DNA from: Octopus vulgaris
Taxonomy: Eukaryota
DNA: 64,000 nt
Assembly: GCA_951406725.2 (NCBI GenBank)
Contig: OX597817.1
Span: forward strand, 134,292,001-134,356,000
Direction: 5' to 3'
This document shows, piece by piece, positions 27,901 through 39,451 of the stretch. The translations under genes were made by a program, and so were the position numbers. The notes under the pieces were generated by a model that was not told the origin of the DNA, searched no databases, and saw only the letters and a program-made list of their open reading frames with translations. Position 1 is the stretch's first letter. Each line of letters begins with the position of its first letter.

Positions 27901-27997
27901 ATTCCTTCAAGAAATCCCGGATAAACCCCCTACACCCGGATATGTCTCTGTAAACAATAACTCTCTACTTGAGTGGGCCATAGTGCCCAAATTCTGA
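24962..27997 (+). CDS. LINE ORF2: apurinic-like endonuclease + reverse transcriptase
   Basis: APE motifs LLNAQG, LTETHL, GLYRPP, MGDFN, LDL, SDH. RT motifs NYRPISL, QHGFR, YLDFSKAFD, GVPQGTVLGP, FADD, DLGV. CR1-like C-terminus RPHLEYC..WSP, LYSLQRRR. The frame is open from 24866 and the annotated start is a GTG. Confidence 0.97.
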   Translation: MHQFPTLLPLTHTKNPSPLQQSKPATTLTSTFLLNAQGVSPSINAQKWKVQFIEDWVGNHSHHIPFFILTETHLDNSHLEAEVRVKNFTTIRADRIGRRKGGTAIFLHDSFTADGNSIFSNGYCESVTVHNKANDLTVIGLYRPPQTPILCFKECLNSIKCFIQQCHSSNILMMGDFNLPCVDWTTNCLKPSTPASTADKEAAESLFDFTNEFFLSQLVLAPTRHQNILDLVFSNHTNTIHNVTVEKTLLSDHDMVLCNMKFHQPKANPSDLPPAHPFDNMDLHKANWDAIRNELSNVDWSFTHTHISTNHKTSWQIFVDTVTDICAKHSPPRPVNKKCRIPQNRKTIIRKIKRTNKKINKLKYCQQQHTHSTAIALLESKKYNLQQCMKSLINNQRSAEEKWAIEKIKLNPKVFFSFARKRRVTVSTVGPLIDETGTLQDNAKSMAEILQKQYCSVFSNPDMADLGCISDVNPQHTISDITFSAPDVLAAINEIKHNSAVGPDRFPACVLKVCRHQLASPLANLWRNSLDAGYIPKNLLSQSVVPVFKKGNKSLAVNYRPISLTSHIIKVSERVVRSQITQFLESNRRLISNQHGFRNGRDCLTQLLHHFEDILRALGEGSNTDVIYLDFSKAFDRVDHKILLKKLSNIGVSGKLLKWIKCFLTDRSQHVVVEGVKSSPAKVSSGVPQGTVLGPLLFIIYINDINDIIKHSNIKIFADDSKLQKVINEASDRTCLQSDLLAVIQWAEKNNMLLNEDKFELIHFGKEDALKLPYSLPSGETLAASNNIRDLGVIVDNNVSWATHINTKVDMARRMCSWILRTFQSRDIHTIILLFSTFARPHLEYCCPLWSPHTIQGIIKVEAPQRAITKKIDGMTGLDYWGRLEKLKLYSLQRRRERYIICMMWKIFHQHCPNDVGITFKVHPRLGPRAIRPKQKSHSHLITTIRHNYFTSIGPALFNITPKHIKTETDPIGFKKSLDRFLQEIPDKPPTPGYVSVNNNSLLEWAIVPKF

Positions 27998-28087
27998 CTT
28001 GAAAGACTTCACCAGGTGGTGCTATTAAGTTAGACATGGCCTGGGCCAATAATGGCCGAAACCTATCAAAGTATCAAAGTATCAAAG

Positions 28088-29098
<1,011 letters not shown>

Positions 29099-29104
29099 CA
29101 CTCA

Positions 29105-29355
29105 CACACATATATATATATCCATGTGTGTGTGTGTCTTTTCATCTGTATTTCTCCCCTGTCACCGCTTAACAACCGGTGTTGGTGAGTTTACGTCTCC
29201 GTAATCTGGCGGTTCGGAAAAAGAGAGACCGATAAAATACGTGCCAAGGCTTACAAAGTAAATCAAGTACTAATGTCGAAATGTATGACTATAAATTCAT
29301 CAAGGCGGGGCTCCAGCATGACCACAGTCTAATGACTGAAACAAGTATAAGATAA
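29105..29355 (+). mobile_element. SINE family A, 3' half
   Basis: ACAACCGGTGTTGGTGAGTTTACG..GGCGGGGCTCCAGCATGACCACAGTCTAATGACTGAAACAAG. Confidence 0.8.
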
Positions 29356-31789
29356 ACGATGAAAAACAATTGATAGATTCAGGAGCGATTTGTTCCTGAA
29401 GCGTCAGCAAATGAGACACTGTTTACAAGGCTAGGCCAAGAACGTCTCTCCTCTATGAACTTTACTACATAAGTTTTTTTTGTTTTTTTTATCACAAATC
29501 GCTGCCAAAAACACCAGTGTGGTTGGTGGTGTTCATCTTCCATTGAAAACTCCAAAATAGAAAATTCTGTTCAGCAGCAATGGTCGAGATTTCAATGTTC
29601 TGCTGAGACCGCAAAATCCGAGATTATAACCAACATATTTGGTACGAAGTTTGTGATTAGTTTTGATCTTGCAGATAAACTCTTTCCACTGTGACATTTC
29701 TTTGCTCATCACCACGTTACTATTTATTGATAAAAAGCACAGACATAGTGACTGATATTTGGCTGGGGAGCGTACCTACATTTGTACTCTTCCTGGCAAT
29801 CAATTTCTTTCATCAAGTCACGATTATTACCCAGAACATCAACCAACTCAGAACACAAAACGATTCTTTTCTCTGCAAATTGTAGTGCGGTCCTGAAAAT
29901 GCTTTTTGTTTTTGTTTATTCCGTTTCTTTTGTCAGTTGTATGCTCAGATTCCTTCTGGCTGTTTGCAGGGGTGGCCAAATATAATTGGCAAGGAGAAAT
30001 AATTGTCCAGAAACCATAAAACCTCGATGCTTCTTCGCAAAATTCAGTGAATTCGCGCAGCCGATGTTTGAAACGTCCAGCTAACCTAAAGTGACTCTGA
30101 TTCATTCGAACCAGTTACACTTTAGACTTTATGTTTGCTGTGGTTGTTGCTTAGTTTCAGATCAACTGTGCTGAAGCTGTCACATAGCGAAAGACATTCC
30201 AGCCATAGCCATCCCATCATATTTGCAGTTAAAATGAAATACATTATCCATTGTCTTAAGATAGGCGCTTTTCAACTTTTATGTAGGAGGGAAGGCACAA
30301 CCCGCTCATGATCTTTTATAGAGTTTCCAAGACTGGCGGGGAGGGTATTTTCTTAGACCGGAGACCCGTCGCCAATGTTTACTGCAGTGCAATCTCCATT
30401 AGTTAAACCGAGGGACGGTTTAAGTCTTACACCCAAATAAGCTTTAAAGGGATTTTTACTCAGAACGTAAGGAACCGGAATAAATACCACAACACATCTA
30501 GTCCAATGTTCTTTCAGTTTGCTGTTCGAGCGGTCCGCCATAATGGAGTGATATTTTTGTTTTCAAAGCTGAAATGATCTAAAGAAAACTTGACTCCGCC
30601 AGGATAAGAACTCGAAGTTCAGAAGTCGGAAAAATACCGTGGATCGCTCGAACATCTGCATTTTATTGTTTTTTTTACTAAAATTTGTATGCTGTGTCGA
30701 GCAGGAGGTCGAATGACCTTTTAGAGACCTCATTCGGGTGTCTCGTCGGGTTAGAAGAGTCTCTGATTATATACCAGGTGGTAGTTTGATGATAAATCTA
30801 TTAGCATGAGGTTAGAACGCCAATGAACGTTGGCTTTTATCAACGTCTTTTTGTTTCAGCAGAGATGTCTTGTAGACAGAGGAATGAGAACGATGGATTA
30901 TCTAAAAGAATGGCTGTTAGATCAGTAGATCGCAAATGGAAAGAGAACAATAGAACCAGTTGTCAGTTGCGATACGATGCCAATATTACAATTAGTGACG
31001 GCACCGATGAGTCATAGTAGTTTAACGATTACAATAGATCAGGAGGGAAATGGTAATTTGTTAAACGAAGATAACATATTTGATTCCATGAATATGCCTG
31101 ATAAATGCAACGGATTTTAATATAATCAGAAGCAAATTCATAAAATTTGCATGTGTGTTTTAGAGATGCGTATCTGCTGGGAGTGGAAGACACGAGAAAA
31201 CAAGGTACTTTTTTTTCTAATGTTTAAAAACTAATCAATAAATAATTACAAAAAGTTGAGAGAGATAAATCACGTGTAGAAATCTTGATAACTGCTATGG
31301 TTTCTACTAGCAGAATACCCGGTGTTGGTCATGATGCAAAATAGCAATATAACTGTTTTAACGAAAGAAAATTTGGGTTCCTAAACCGTTGCTGGATTTC
31401 CTAGGACAATATACATTTGATTTAATAAATATACTTCATATTTTGTTATGTTTGGTGAGAGTCATTCTCTTTTAGTGCCTTATAATTTTACACACTCACC
31501 GGTAAAATTTACATTCATTTACTTATTTTTCATAAATTTTCGTTGTGTCTTCCAATCTTTTCAATAGTCGTTGACTGTCTAAAAGAGAATGTCTTTCCCC
31601 ACACACAAAAATGTATCCTTCAACACACGAACTCGCATAAAGAATCTTGCAAACCAAATCCAAAACCCGAAGTATAGAATATATCTTATATCAAAAACGT
31701 ATACAGAAGAACGTGTTCTAGTACAATCTACCACAAATACCTTCTCGTTTTAAGTAGTTACATTTTAAGGTGTGCTAAAATTTGAAACT

Positions 31790-31927
31790 TTATTATCATC
31801 ATTATCAATACCATCATCATTATTATTATTATTATTACTATTAACATCATCATTATTATTATTCGCATCATCATCACTAATATTATTAACATCATATTTA
31901 TCATCATCATCATTATTATCACCATCA

Positions 31928-31962
<35 letters not shown>
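31790..31962. repeat. (TTA)/(TCA) trinucleotide microsatellite
   Basis: Directly visible. Confidence 0.9.
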
Positions 31963-31963
<1 letters not shown>

Positions 31964-32270
31964 GCTCCGCCTTAGCGAAGGCGGAGGTATTTTTTCAGTC
32001 GTATGTGTTTGTTTGTGGCCATTGGACAAGATATGTCAAGAACCACTGAACGGATGAAACTTTCAGAGATGTTTGGCCTCATAACTGGCACGAACTGATT
32101 AGAATTCGGGATCGATTCGCTATCCGGTAAGGGTTATGGACTATTTTCCCGCTTTTTTTTACTTAATTCTTTAGAGCAGTCGAGTTTATTTCAGACATAC
32201 ACATTTTAAAAATCATCTCTGGTTAATCGTTAAGACGACGTTTGTGTTGCTTTGAGCTGCCTGGGTGCTC
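31963..32270 (+). mobile_element. Non-autonomous Helentron/DINE-like element (partial)
   Basis: Starts with hairpin CTCCGCCTT-agcg-AAGGCGGAG, then GTTT microsatellite and GATGAAACTTTCAG, an architecture recalled for DINE-1/HINE-like elements. Confidence 0.5.
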
Positions 32271-32299
32271 TTCTTCTTCTTCTTCTTCTTCTTATCATT

Positions 32300-32560
32300 A
32301 TTATTATAAATTCATTACTTGTTAATATAATTTGCAGGTATGTTATCTTGAAGTTTGGTGGTAATAAGTTTCCTCACATCTCAAGAATCTTTCTGGTAGA
32401 ATACAGGATTGCACATTTCTTCAGGTCGACAATGCGTCGATCACAATCAGTGTCTTTCGGTCTCTGGGGTAGCAGTTTGGAAGTTCCGTCTTAATTTTCC
32501 AGAATCTTTTCAAATCTCTGGGTAGGCATTGATATTATTTTTTACAAATGCTATTCACTT
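32300..32560 (-). mobile_element. 3' fragment of an R4/Dong-like RLE LINE
   Basis: Minus-strand peptides YQCLPRDLKRFWKIKT and IVDLKKCAILYSTRKILEM* resemble the RLE C-terminus; flanked by (TAA)n. Confidence 0.6.
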
Positions 32561-32632
32561 GATCTATTTGGTCATATGCAGTTATTATTATTATTATTAT
32601 TATTATTATGATGATGATCATCATTATTATTA

Positions 32633-32760
32633 TTGCCTTTGCACAGCTTCTAACGATGGAGTTGTACTGTGGTGTCAGCTGTTCACTACCAGTGAATTAA
32701 GGTAACACCTCTTGTTTTTCGAGCACTTTCCGGACTATTTGAGCGGTTCCAAGCAGTGCA
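32633..32760 (-). mobile_element. 3' end of an R4/Dong-like RLE LINE
   Basis: Encodes ALLGTAQIVRKVLEK, then a short 3' UTR and a (TAA)n tail. Confidence 0.7.
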
Positions 32761-33776
32761 TGCCATCAAAGTGACACGGGTAAAATATATAAAGCCCAGT
32801 ATACCCATCATGATTACCTGTCTGATAAAGGCACAACAGGCACATGCATGACAACCATATGTGCGTGACATGGAAATCTCATATCAAGATGAACAGCGCA
32901 TGACCTTGCAGGTGAGGACCAATTAGAATTTTTTTCAGGATGAGTAGCCCATTCCAATCAAAAGATCTCTGAATAAGGATTGCTTAAGGATATTGAACGA
33001 AACACCCAGGTTTCCGAAGATGAATTATCCAAACTCCAAAGAATTCCTCTTAAAACATGGTTATGATGCTTCCCCACTACTTCTGCTCGTAATCAGAGAT
33101 GCACATATCGTCAGCCACCAAGGGACATACTCAACTGGTTAAGGTCAAATAACTGACCAGAATATTTGCTGTAGCTCATCTTTTATACCAAGACAAAACA
33201 ATGTACATGACAACACTTCCAATCAGTTAAGATAAGAAGCCATGAGAGCCAGTGCCTGAGAGCCGTGCATACCATGAATGTGACGCTGGGTTAAAATATA
33301 TGAAGCCCCGTACACCCATCATGACTACGTGTTTGATAAGAGTACACCAGGCACATGCATCACAATCGTATTTGCGTGACATGGTAATCTCATATCAAGA
33401 TAAGTAGCACATCACCTTGTGGGTGGAGCTCAGAATTTTCTTCAGGGCGAGTAGCTCATTCCGCCCAATAGATCCCTGATTAAGGGTTGTTTAACGATGA
33501 TGAACGAAACACCCATGTTTCCAGAAGTGAAGGAATTCCTCTCAACACATGGCTATGATGCTCCCCTACTATTTCTGCTCGCGATCAGAGATGCATTTAT
33601 CATCAACCACTAAAGGACATGCTCAACTGGTTACGGTCAAGCCACTGACAGGCAAATCTGAGGTATGGAGCACAATATTTGTTGTAGGCCATAGTTTATG
33701 CCAACTCAAAATATGTACATGATGATTCTTCCAATCAGTTAAGATCAAAGGCCATGAGAGTGACTGCATCAGGGCA
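32753..33776. repeat. Two tandem copies of a ~520-bp non-coding repeat
   Basis: GTGCATGCCATCAAAGTGACAC...CTTCCAATCAGTTAAGAT..GCCATGAGAG occurs at ~32753-33258 and ~33258-33776. Confidence 0.9.
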
Positions 33777-33779
33777 CGA

Positions 33780-34720
33780 GAAAAATTATACTTTGTATAC
33801 TAAGTATGTGAACCTATGAATGATGCTGTTCTCCCGGGACAGGAGAGTCTCCAACTAGGGCTAGTCGAGGAAGACCACAGATCCAGGATTACCTTGACCA
33901 GTAAGGGCACGCGACTTTGCTCAAATGTTATCCTCCAGTCTACAGGCGCATACCTAGAGTCGGTCCCTACACTCTAACCCTTTGTGTCACGGTTACCCAC
34001 CTTTTTACAAATTCCCTGGGAGAGAAAGCACTTACCTCTTCACCTTAACTTTGCAAGTAGATCTTTAAAAAATTGCTTGGCCGAAGATGGTGTCTTTCCT
34101 CAATCCTCTCAGCTTCATCCACCACACACCCTCTTTATTGACAGAAGACAGAGGGACACGGCATTCCCTGACTTTTTAAAGGTGTGTCGTGGGACGATAC
34201 TCCCGATGGACTCGGTCGATAATCGGAATAGTCCTCCACGTGACAACTGCTATTTGCCATATCTCGTCAAGCGAGCAATGCTTAAACACTGTAGAGGTTG
34301 CGTTTTGTCCCACTGCGCGCATGTCAGGCAGTTCTGCTTAACGGTGCTTCCCTGTTTCTTGGGTGTATGTCCAACAGGCAGTGCTCCGCGATGGCAGACA
34401 AGTCAGGAATTTTTGGAAGGTATCAATGTTAGTTTCCGGCCCGAGAATTCTCTAAAACAGACAAACTAGTTCCTCCTCATCGACACCAAGAGTTTTCCCA
34501 AGAACATTATCATTTTTACCCGTCACTAAATTTCTAAATTGCTAACGTGGAATTTCCACCACCCGTTTTATCCGATAGTGCTTTGCCAATTCTGGGCATT
34601 CGTTAACGGTGTGCCACGCCATTTCATCCGTCTCATCACACATCCTGCATTTGCCGCTCATCAGCAGTGTTGTCTATTCTGCACTTCATATAATAGGTCC
34701 AATATTTTTATAATTATTAT
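33780..34720 (-). mobile_element. Decayed C-terminal ORF2/3' UTR fragment of a Tx1/L1-type LINE
   Basis: Minus-strand remnants IDTFQKFL, RGALPVG, a CxxC remnant and SPREFVKRWVTV, resembling the Tx1 C-terminal zinc-finger region. Confidence 0.65.
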
Positions 34721-34726
34721 TTTCAA

Positions 34727-35090
34727 GGCGGCGAGTTGGCTGAATAGTTAACACACCAGACATAAGGCTTAAGCTGCATTTCCAGTTGGCCATGACACAT
34801 TTTCTGTGTCCTTATGTTTTCAAAGGGGAGATAAGCACCTCCACCCAGCAAAGCCAGCATCCAGAGACTAGTTTCAGAGTCACTGCTCATTATCAGTCAA
34901 GAGTAGCTGGTTTTCTAGTTGTCGATGCCTATTGGTTTTATGTTCTGAGTTCAAATGCATCCGCACTCGACTTTGCCCTTCACCCTTTCTGGGTCGACAA
35001 AATAAGTAGTAGTTGTGCACCGGGGTCGATGTAATCAACTTACACCCTCCTCTATATTTTTAGGCATGATGTCTATAACAGAAAAGACTT
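34727..35090 (+). mobile_element. SINE family B with a 123-bp insert (34789-34911)
   Basis: Head GGCGGCGAGTTGGCTGAA; core GACTTTGCCCTTCACCCTTTCTGGGTCGACAAAATAAGTA; insert flanked by TTTCCAGTTG / TTTCTAGTTG. Confidence 0.7.
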
Positions 35091-35094
35091 TTAT

Positions 35095-35420
35095 AATTAT
35101 ATAAGTGTTCGTCATTTGGTAGATTGGGGCAAATTTCTGCTGCATCAATTGCTACACCTCCGTGTTAGTGGGGTGTACGCGGCATTGTGTGTTCTTTTCT
35201 GCTGCTGGGAATTTGCGAATTCTTCCCGCCACTGTATTATGCTAGTTTTGTTTAGGTTGTATTATTGGATTGATAGTCCCTTGCGTAGGATGTGATCTCT
35301 TCCAAGCTGGCCTGGTTTTCGGATTGTGTGTAGTGTTGAAGATTCAGGTATAGCTTCTATGTTTTTGTTCGTATATTTTTTTAATCATGTCCAATGCTTC
35401 AATTATTATTAGTATTGTTT
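35095..35420 (-). mobile_element. 3' fragment of an R4/Dong-like RLE LINE
   Basis: Minus-strand remnants TILIIIEALDMIKK and HILRKGLSIQ*; TAA-rich flanks. Confidence 0.65.
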
Positions 35421-35446
35421 TATTATTATTGTTGTTATCATTATTC

Positions 35447-36377
35447 AAGGTCAAGTAGCCTATCCTGCTCAAAACGCCCCTGAATAAAGGTTGTTTAAGT
35501 CTGATGAACGGAATACTCTTATTTCTAGAACTGGATTATTTAAACCCCCAAAGAATTCCTCTCAACACATGACTCAGATTCTGATCGCGATCGGAGATGC
35601 ATATATCATCAGCCACTAAGGGACATGCCCAAGGGGATAAGGTCAAGCAACTGGCAAGTAAACCTGAATTACTTAGCAGACGGGTTGCTGCAGTCCATAT
35701 TGTACTCCGAGTCAAAACGTACATGCTAACACTTCCAATCAGTTAAAATCCGAAACCATGACAGCCACTGACTGGTACTGCATCAAGGCATTTATTATTA
35801 TTATTATTATGAGAGAGTTGTGCATGCCATCAAAGTGACACTGGGGTAAAATACACGAAGCCCAGTATACCCATCAAGACTACCCGTCTGATAAGGGTAC
35901 ACTAGGCACATGCATCACAAACATATGTGCGCGACATGGTGATCTCATATCAAGATAAACAGCGCATGACCTTGCAGGAGGGGCCCAGTTAGAATTTTAT
36001 CTAGTTGAGTAACTCATCCCGCTCAAAAGGTCCCTGAATAAGGGTTGTTTAAGGACGTTGAACGAAACACCCATGTTTCCAGAGGGGAATTATTCAAACT
36101 CCAAAGAATCCCTCTCAGCACATGGCTATGATGCTCCCCCACTACTTCTGCTCGTGATCAGAGATACACATAACGTCAGCCACTAAGGGACATGCTCAAC
36201 TGGTTAAGGTCAAACAACTGACAAAGAAATCTGTGGTACTGAGCAGAATATTTGCTGTAGCCCATCTTTATACCAAGACAAAACAATGTACATGATAACA
36301 CTTCCAATCAGTTAATATCAGAAGCCACGAGAGCCACTGCCTGGTACTGCATCAGGGCATTTACTGCATCGGGGCTT
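35447..36377. repeat. Partial and full copies of the ~520-bp repeat, each ending in (TTA)n
   Basis: ~35447-35791 and ~35811-36377 match 32753-33776. Confidence 0.9.
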
Positions 36378-36385
36378 TTATATTT

Positions 36386-36421
<36 letters not shown>

Positions 36422-36540
36422 TCGTATTTTAATTGGGCAAGTTACATCTATCTCAGTTCAAGCAAATTAAGAAGATAATTAAGTAAATGCAGCAACAATT
36501 TTATTTAATATGAGACTAATACTGAACCCGAATTATATCT

Positions 36541-37102
36541 TGTACTAATTTGTATTTTATTAGTGGGACCCGTGAATATCTCACGGAATTCATGGTGAAT
36601 TTATTGGGTTGTTTCTGATAACTTTATGCAAAAGTTCTGAAAGCGTATCCTGTGTTTTGTCTGTATCAAAGGACAGTCGCTCATCTGCTACTCATTGAAA
36701 AGTGAAGGAAATTGGAATACGATGATTACTTAATGAACTTTATATATACACTTTATATACCTTTATAGACTCAGTACACATCACTCAATTTTATAGACTT
36801 AGTACACATCACTCTCCCTCTTTCTCTCTCACTCTTCACCTTACCCTCTTTTTTCCCTCCTTTTATTTTTCCCCTTTTTCTCTCGCTTTTCCCCTTTCTC
36901 GTCAACTAATCACGTGAAAGCGTTACAGACGGGCTAAGTAACGGTGGAAAAAAACTGAGTCAAAAACAGAATTTCACCCCACCCCCCCTTCTTCCCTGCC
37001 ATCCCCTTCTCCCACTCCCCGTCCCAACCTGTTCAACTAATCAGGGGAAAGCTTTACGGACGGGCTACGTAACGGAGGAACAGGCAGAATTATTGTAAGA
37101 TA
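36541..37102 (+). mobile_element. Possible non-autonomous Helitron-like element
   Basis: ACTA..GACCCGTG..CACGG start; duplicated GACGGGCTAMGTAACGGWGGAA block; ..GAATTATTGTAAGAT end. Pattern recall only. Confidence 0.3.
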
Positions 37103-37347
37103 TTTTATAAGTCGTTGAATCCGGTGTAATAAACGAAGTATGTTACGAGTTGTGACGCGCTCACAACTTGGGGAATATTGGCGTTTAATATTTTGGGCAT
37201 TTTCAGCACCTTCATGTTCTGAGTTTTCCCAACATGGACATAAAGAGTGTATGTCGAATCTTCTAACTTCCGAGCATTCCACATAAAAATGGTTATTTAT
37301 TAAACAATATTCCACGAGTTATACTGCTGCAACTGATATCGTTTGCA

Positions 37348-37593
37348 TTGGGTTATTGCGGATCTTTTTTTATTTCAACAAATTTTATTCAACAAAGCCA
37401 ATAATAATATTTAACAAAAACATCTTTATATGACGGTCTGACTGTCTGCCAAGCAAATGGGAAGCAGTAATTGAAGTAGATGGTGAATATGCTCCGGAAT
37501 AATCATTTAAAGATGTTTTTATTACATGTTGTTATTGCTTTTGTTGAATAAAATTTGTTGAAATAAAGCCGCAATAATTATGCACCAACCCAA
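37348..37593 (+). mobile_element. Mariner-derived MITE
   Basis: Inverted ends TTGGGTT.. / ..TGCACCAACCCAA; internal LPSKWEAVIEVDGEYAPE* remnant. Confidence 0.75.
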
Positions 37594-38631
37594 TGCTTCG
37601 GAAGGTGGCAGTAAACGCTATATATGTGTTATGGAAGGACCGTAGTTAAACTCTCGGTTCGATAATAATGCAAGTGAGGAGCATGTATATGTCTGATTTT
37701 ATTTAATATATATATATTTATATGTACACACGTGTACAAGAAATGTAGGTTCGCACCTCGCGGGCAGCCTTCGACTTTTCTATCCAAAAGGGTTTTTCAA
37801 TCTGATATTTACATGCTGTTATTTATAGGTCTATAAGTACTTCGAGATCCAATTCCCCAAAAGAATTTATGTGTGTATGCGTATGTGTGTGTGTTTGCGC
37901 GTCGTATATACGTGAATATAGATGTATACACGCAATACGCAAATCGATCGACGAGTGCGCACACGCACTCACATACACACAAACACACACAACATTATAT
38001 ATATATCGGAGAAAAGAGAGAGGTTGAGATTCGGTACGAGAAAAATAGACGAGACTGGTTGATCGACAGTTTCGATTATATATTGAACTGAGGTGTAACA
38101 CGAAAACAATTTTTAAAGTGCTCGGGTATGATTATTGTACACGGGTATATCCAGTTGTTCTCTGATATATTGAATGTTTTAATCAGACATAGCATGTTAT
38201 CTCTGTTGAAAGTAATCGATCTCTGACACTACCAGTGTCTACCTGCTGTTAATCACTTCATCATACCTGCAATTCCATTCACTCGCCTCTGCCATTTAAA
38301 TGCTTAATTCTACAAATGTCTATAACAGTTGCATTGATTCTGTCTCTTTAAAATAACTGATGTGTGTGTGTGTGCGTGTGTGTGTGTGCGCGCGTATGTA
38401 CATTAACTACCACCCACCCGTCCAGTCCCTCCTTTCTCTCACTCCCCTATATTTTAAAATTTTATTTACTTATTTATTTTCCTTTCTCCCCTTCTATTAC
38501 TTATTTCTACCCTCATTTATATACCCTCATATACTGTGCCCCCTCCCCCGACGCATTCTGATTGAATCCCCTCTGCATCAACACGTACCTCCTTCCGACA
38601 ATGTAGCCTTTAATCTAATCAAGATATTCTT

Positions 38632-38715
38632 GGCCTGAAGAGATTAGCCCGCGTTATACACGTCACTTGGATTTTACCAATTCTGAGGTTCCACTCGCTA
38701 CGAAACATAGTAGCC
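38632..38715 (+). ncRNA. Type I hammerhead ribozyme-like motif (Penelope-like repeat)
   Basis: GGC-CTGAAGA-(TAGC..GCTA)-C-GAAA-C-ATA-GTA-GCC. Both core motifs are intact; stems I and III are short. Confidence 0.55.
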
Positions 38716-38752
38716 CGGACTTCCCGTACTCCATTCCGTAACTCGTGTGTAT

Positions 38753-38862
<110 letters not shown>

Positions 38863-38866
38863 TGTG

Positions 38867-39222
38867 TGGGGGCGCAATGGCCAAGTGGTTAGGGCAACGG
38901 ACACGCGGTCGATTCCCAGACAGGGCATTGTGAGTGTTTATTGTGCAAAAACACCCAAAGCTCCTCGAGGCTCCGACAGGTGATGGTGGCAAATTCTGCT
39001 GTACTCTTTCACCACAATTTTCTCTCACTTCGTCTTCCTGTTTCTGTTGTACCTGTATTTTCAAAGGGACCAGCCATGTCACAATCTGTGTCAAGCTGAA
39101 TTTCCCCGAGAACTACGTTAAGGGTATACGTGTCTGTGGAGTGCTCAGCCACATGCACGTTAATTTCATGAGCAGGTTGTTCCGTTGATCGTATCAACTG
39201 GAACCGTCGTCGTCGTAATCGT
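38867..39222 (+). mobile_element. tRNA-derived SINE, family C
   Basis: GGGGGCGCAATGGCCAAGTGGTTAGGGC A-box-like head and GGTCGATTCCC B-box-like motif; unique body; lies between TA/CA tracts. Confidence 0.65.
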
Positions 39223-39413
39223 GTATACATAAAACACGTACAGGCACACACACACACTCACATATATATATATATATATGTCTATATATGCAAGTGTGTA
39301 GAGTTGTATGTATGTTCATATCTGTGTGTTTCAGAAATTGAGAGACAGTCAGATTCGAACACACACAATTATATATTTGTATATGGACGTATGCATGTTT
39401 GTCTGTTCGCGCG

Positions 39414-39451
<38 letters not shown>

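Larger units (their letters stand above)
23406..28087 (+). mobile_element. Full-length CR1-group non-LTR retrotransposon inserted in (TA)n
   Basis: 5' UTR, ORF1, intact APE-RT ORF2, short 3' UTR with hairpin and (TATCAAAG)3 tail at 28064-28087; TA arrays on both sides. Confidence 0.95.

Noticed and set aside
32753-36377. CRISPR-like or LTR-pair interpretation of the repeated ~520-bp blocks
   Set aside because: No short repeat-spacer periodicity; no TG..CA ends, PBS or gag/pol between copies; eukaryotic repeat context.
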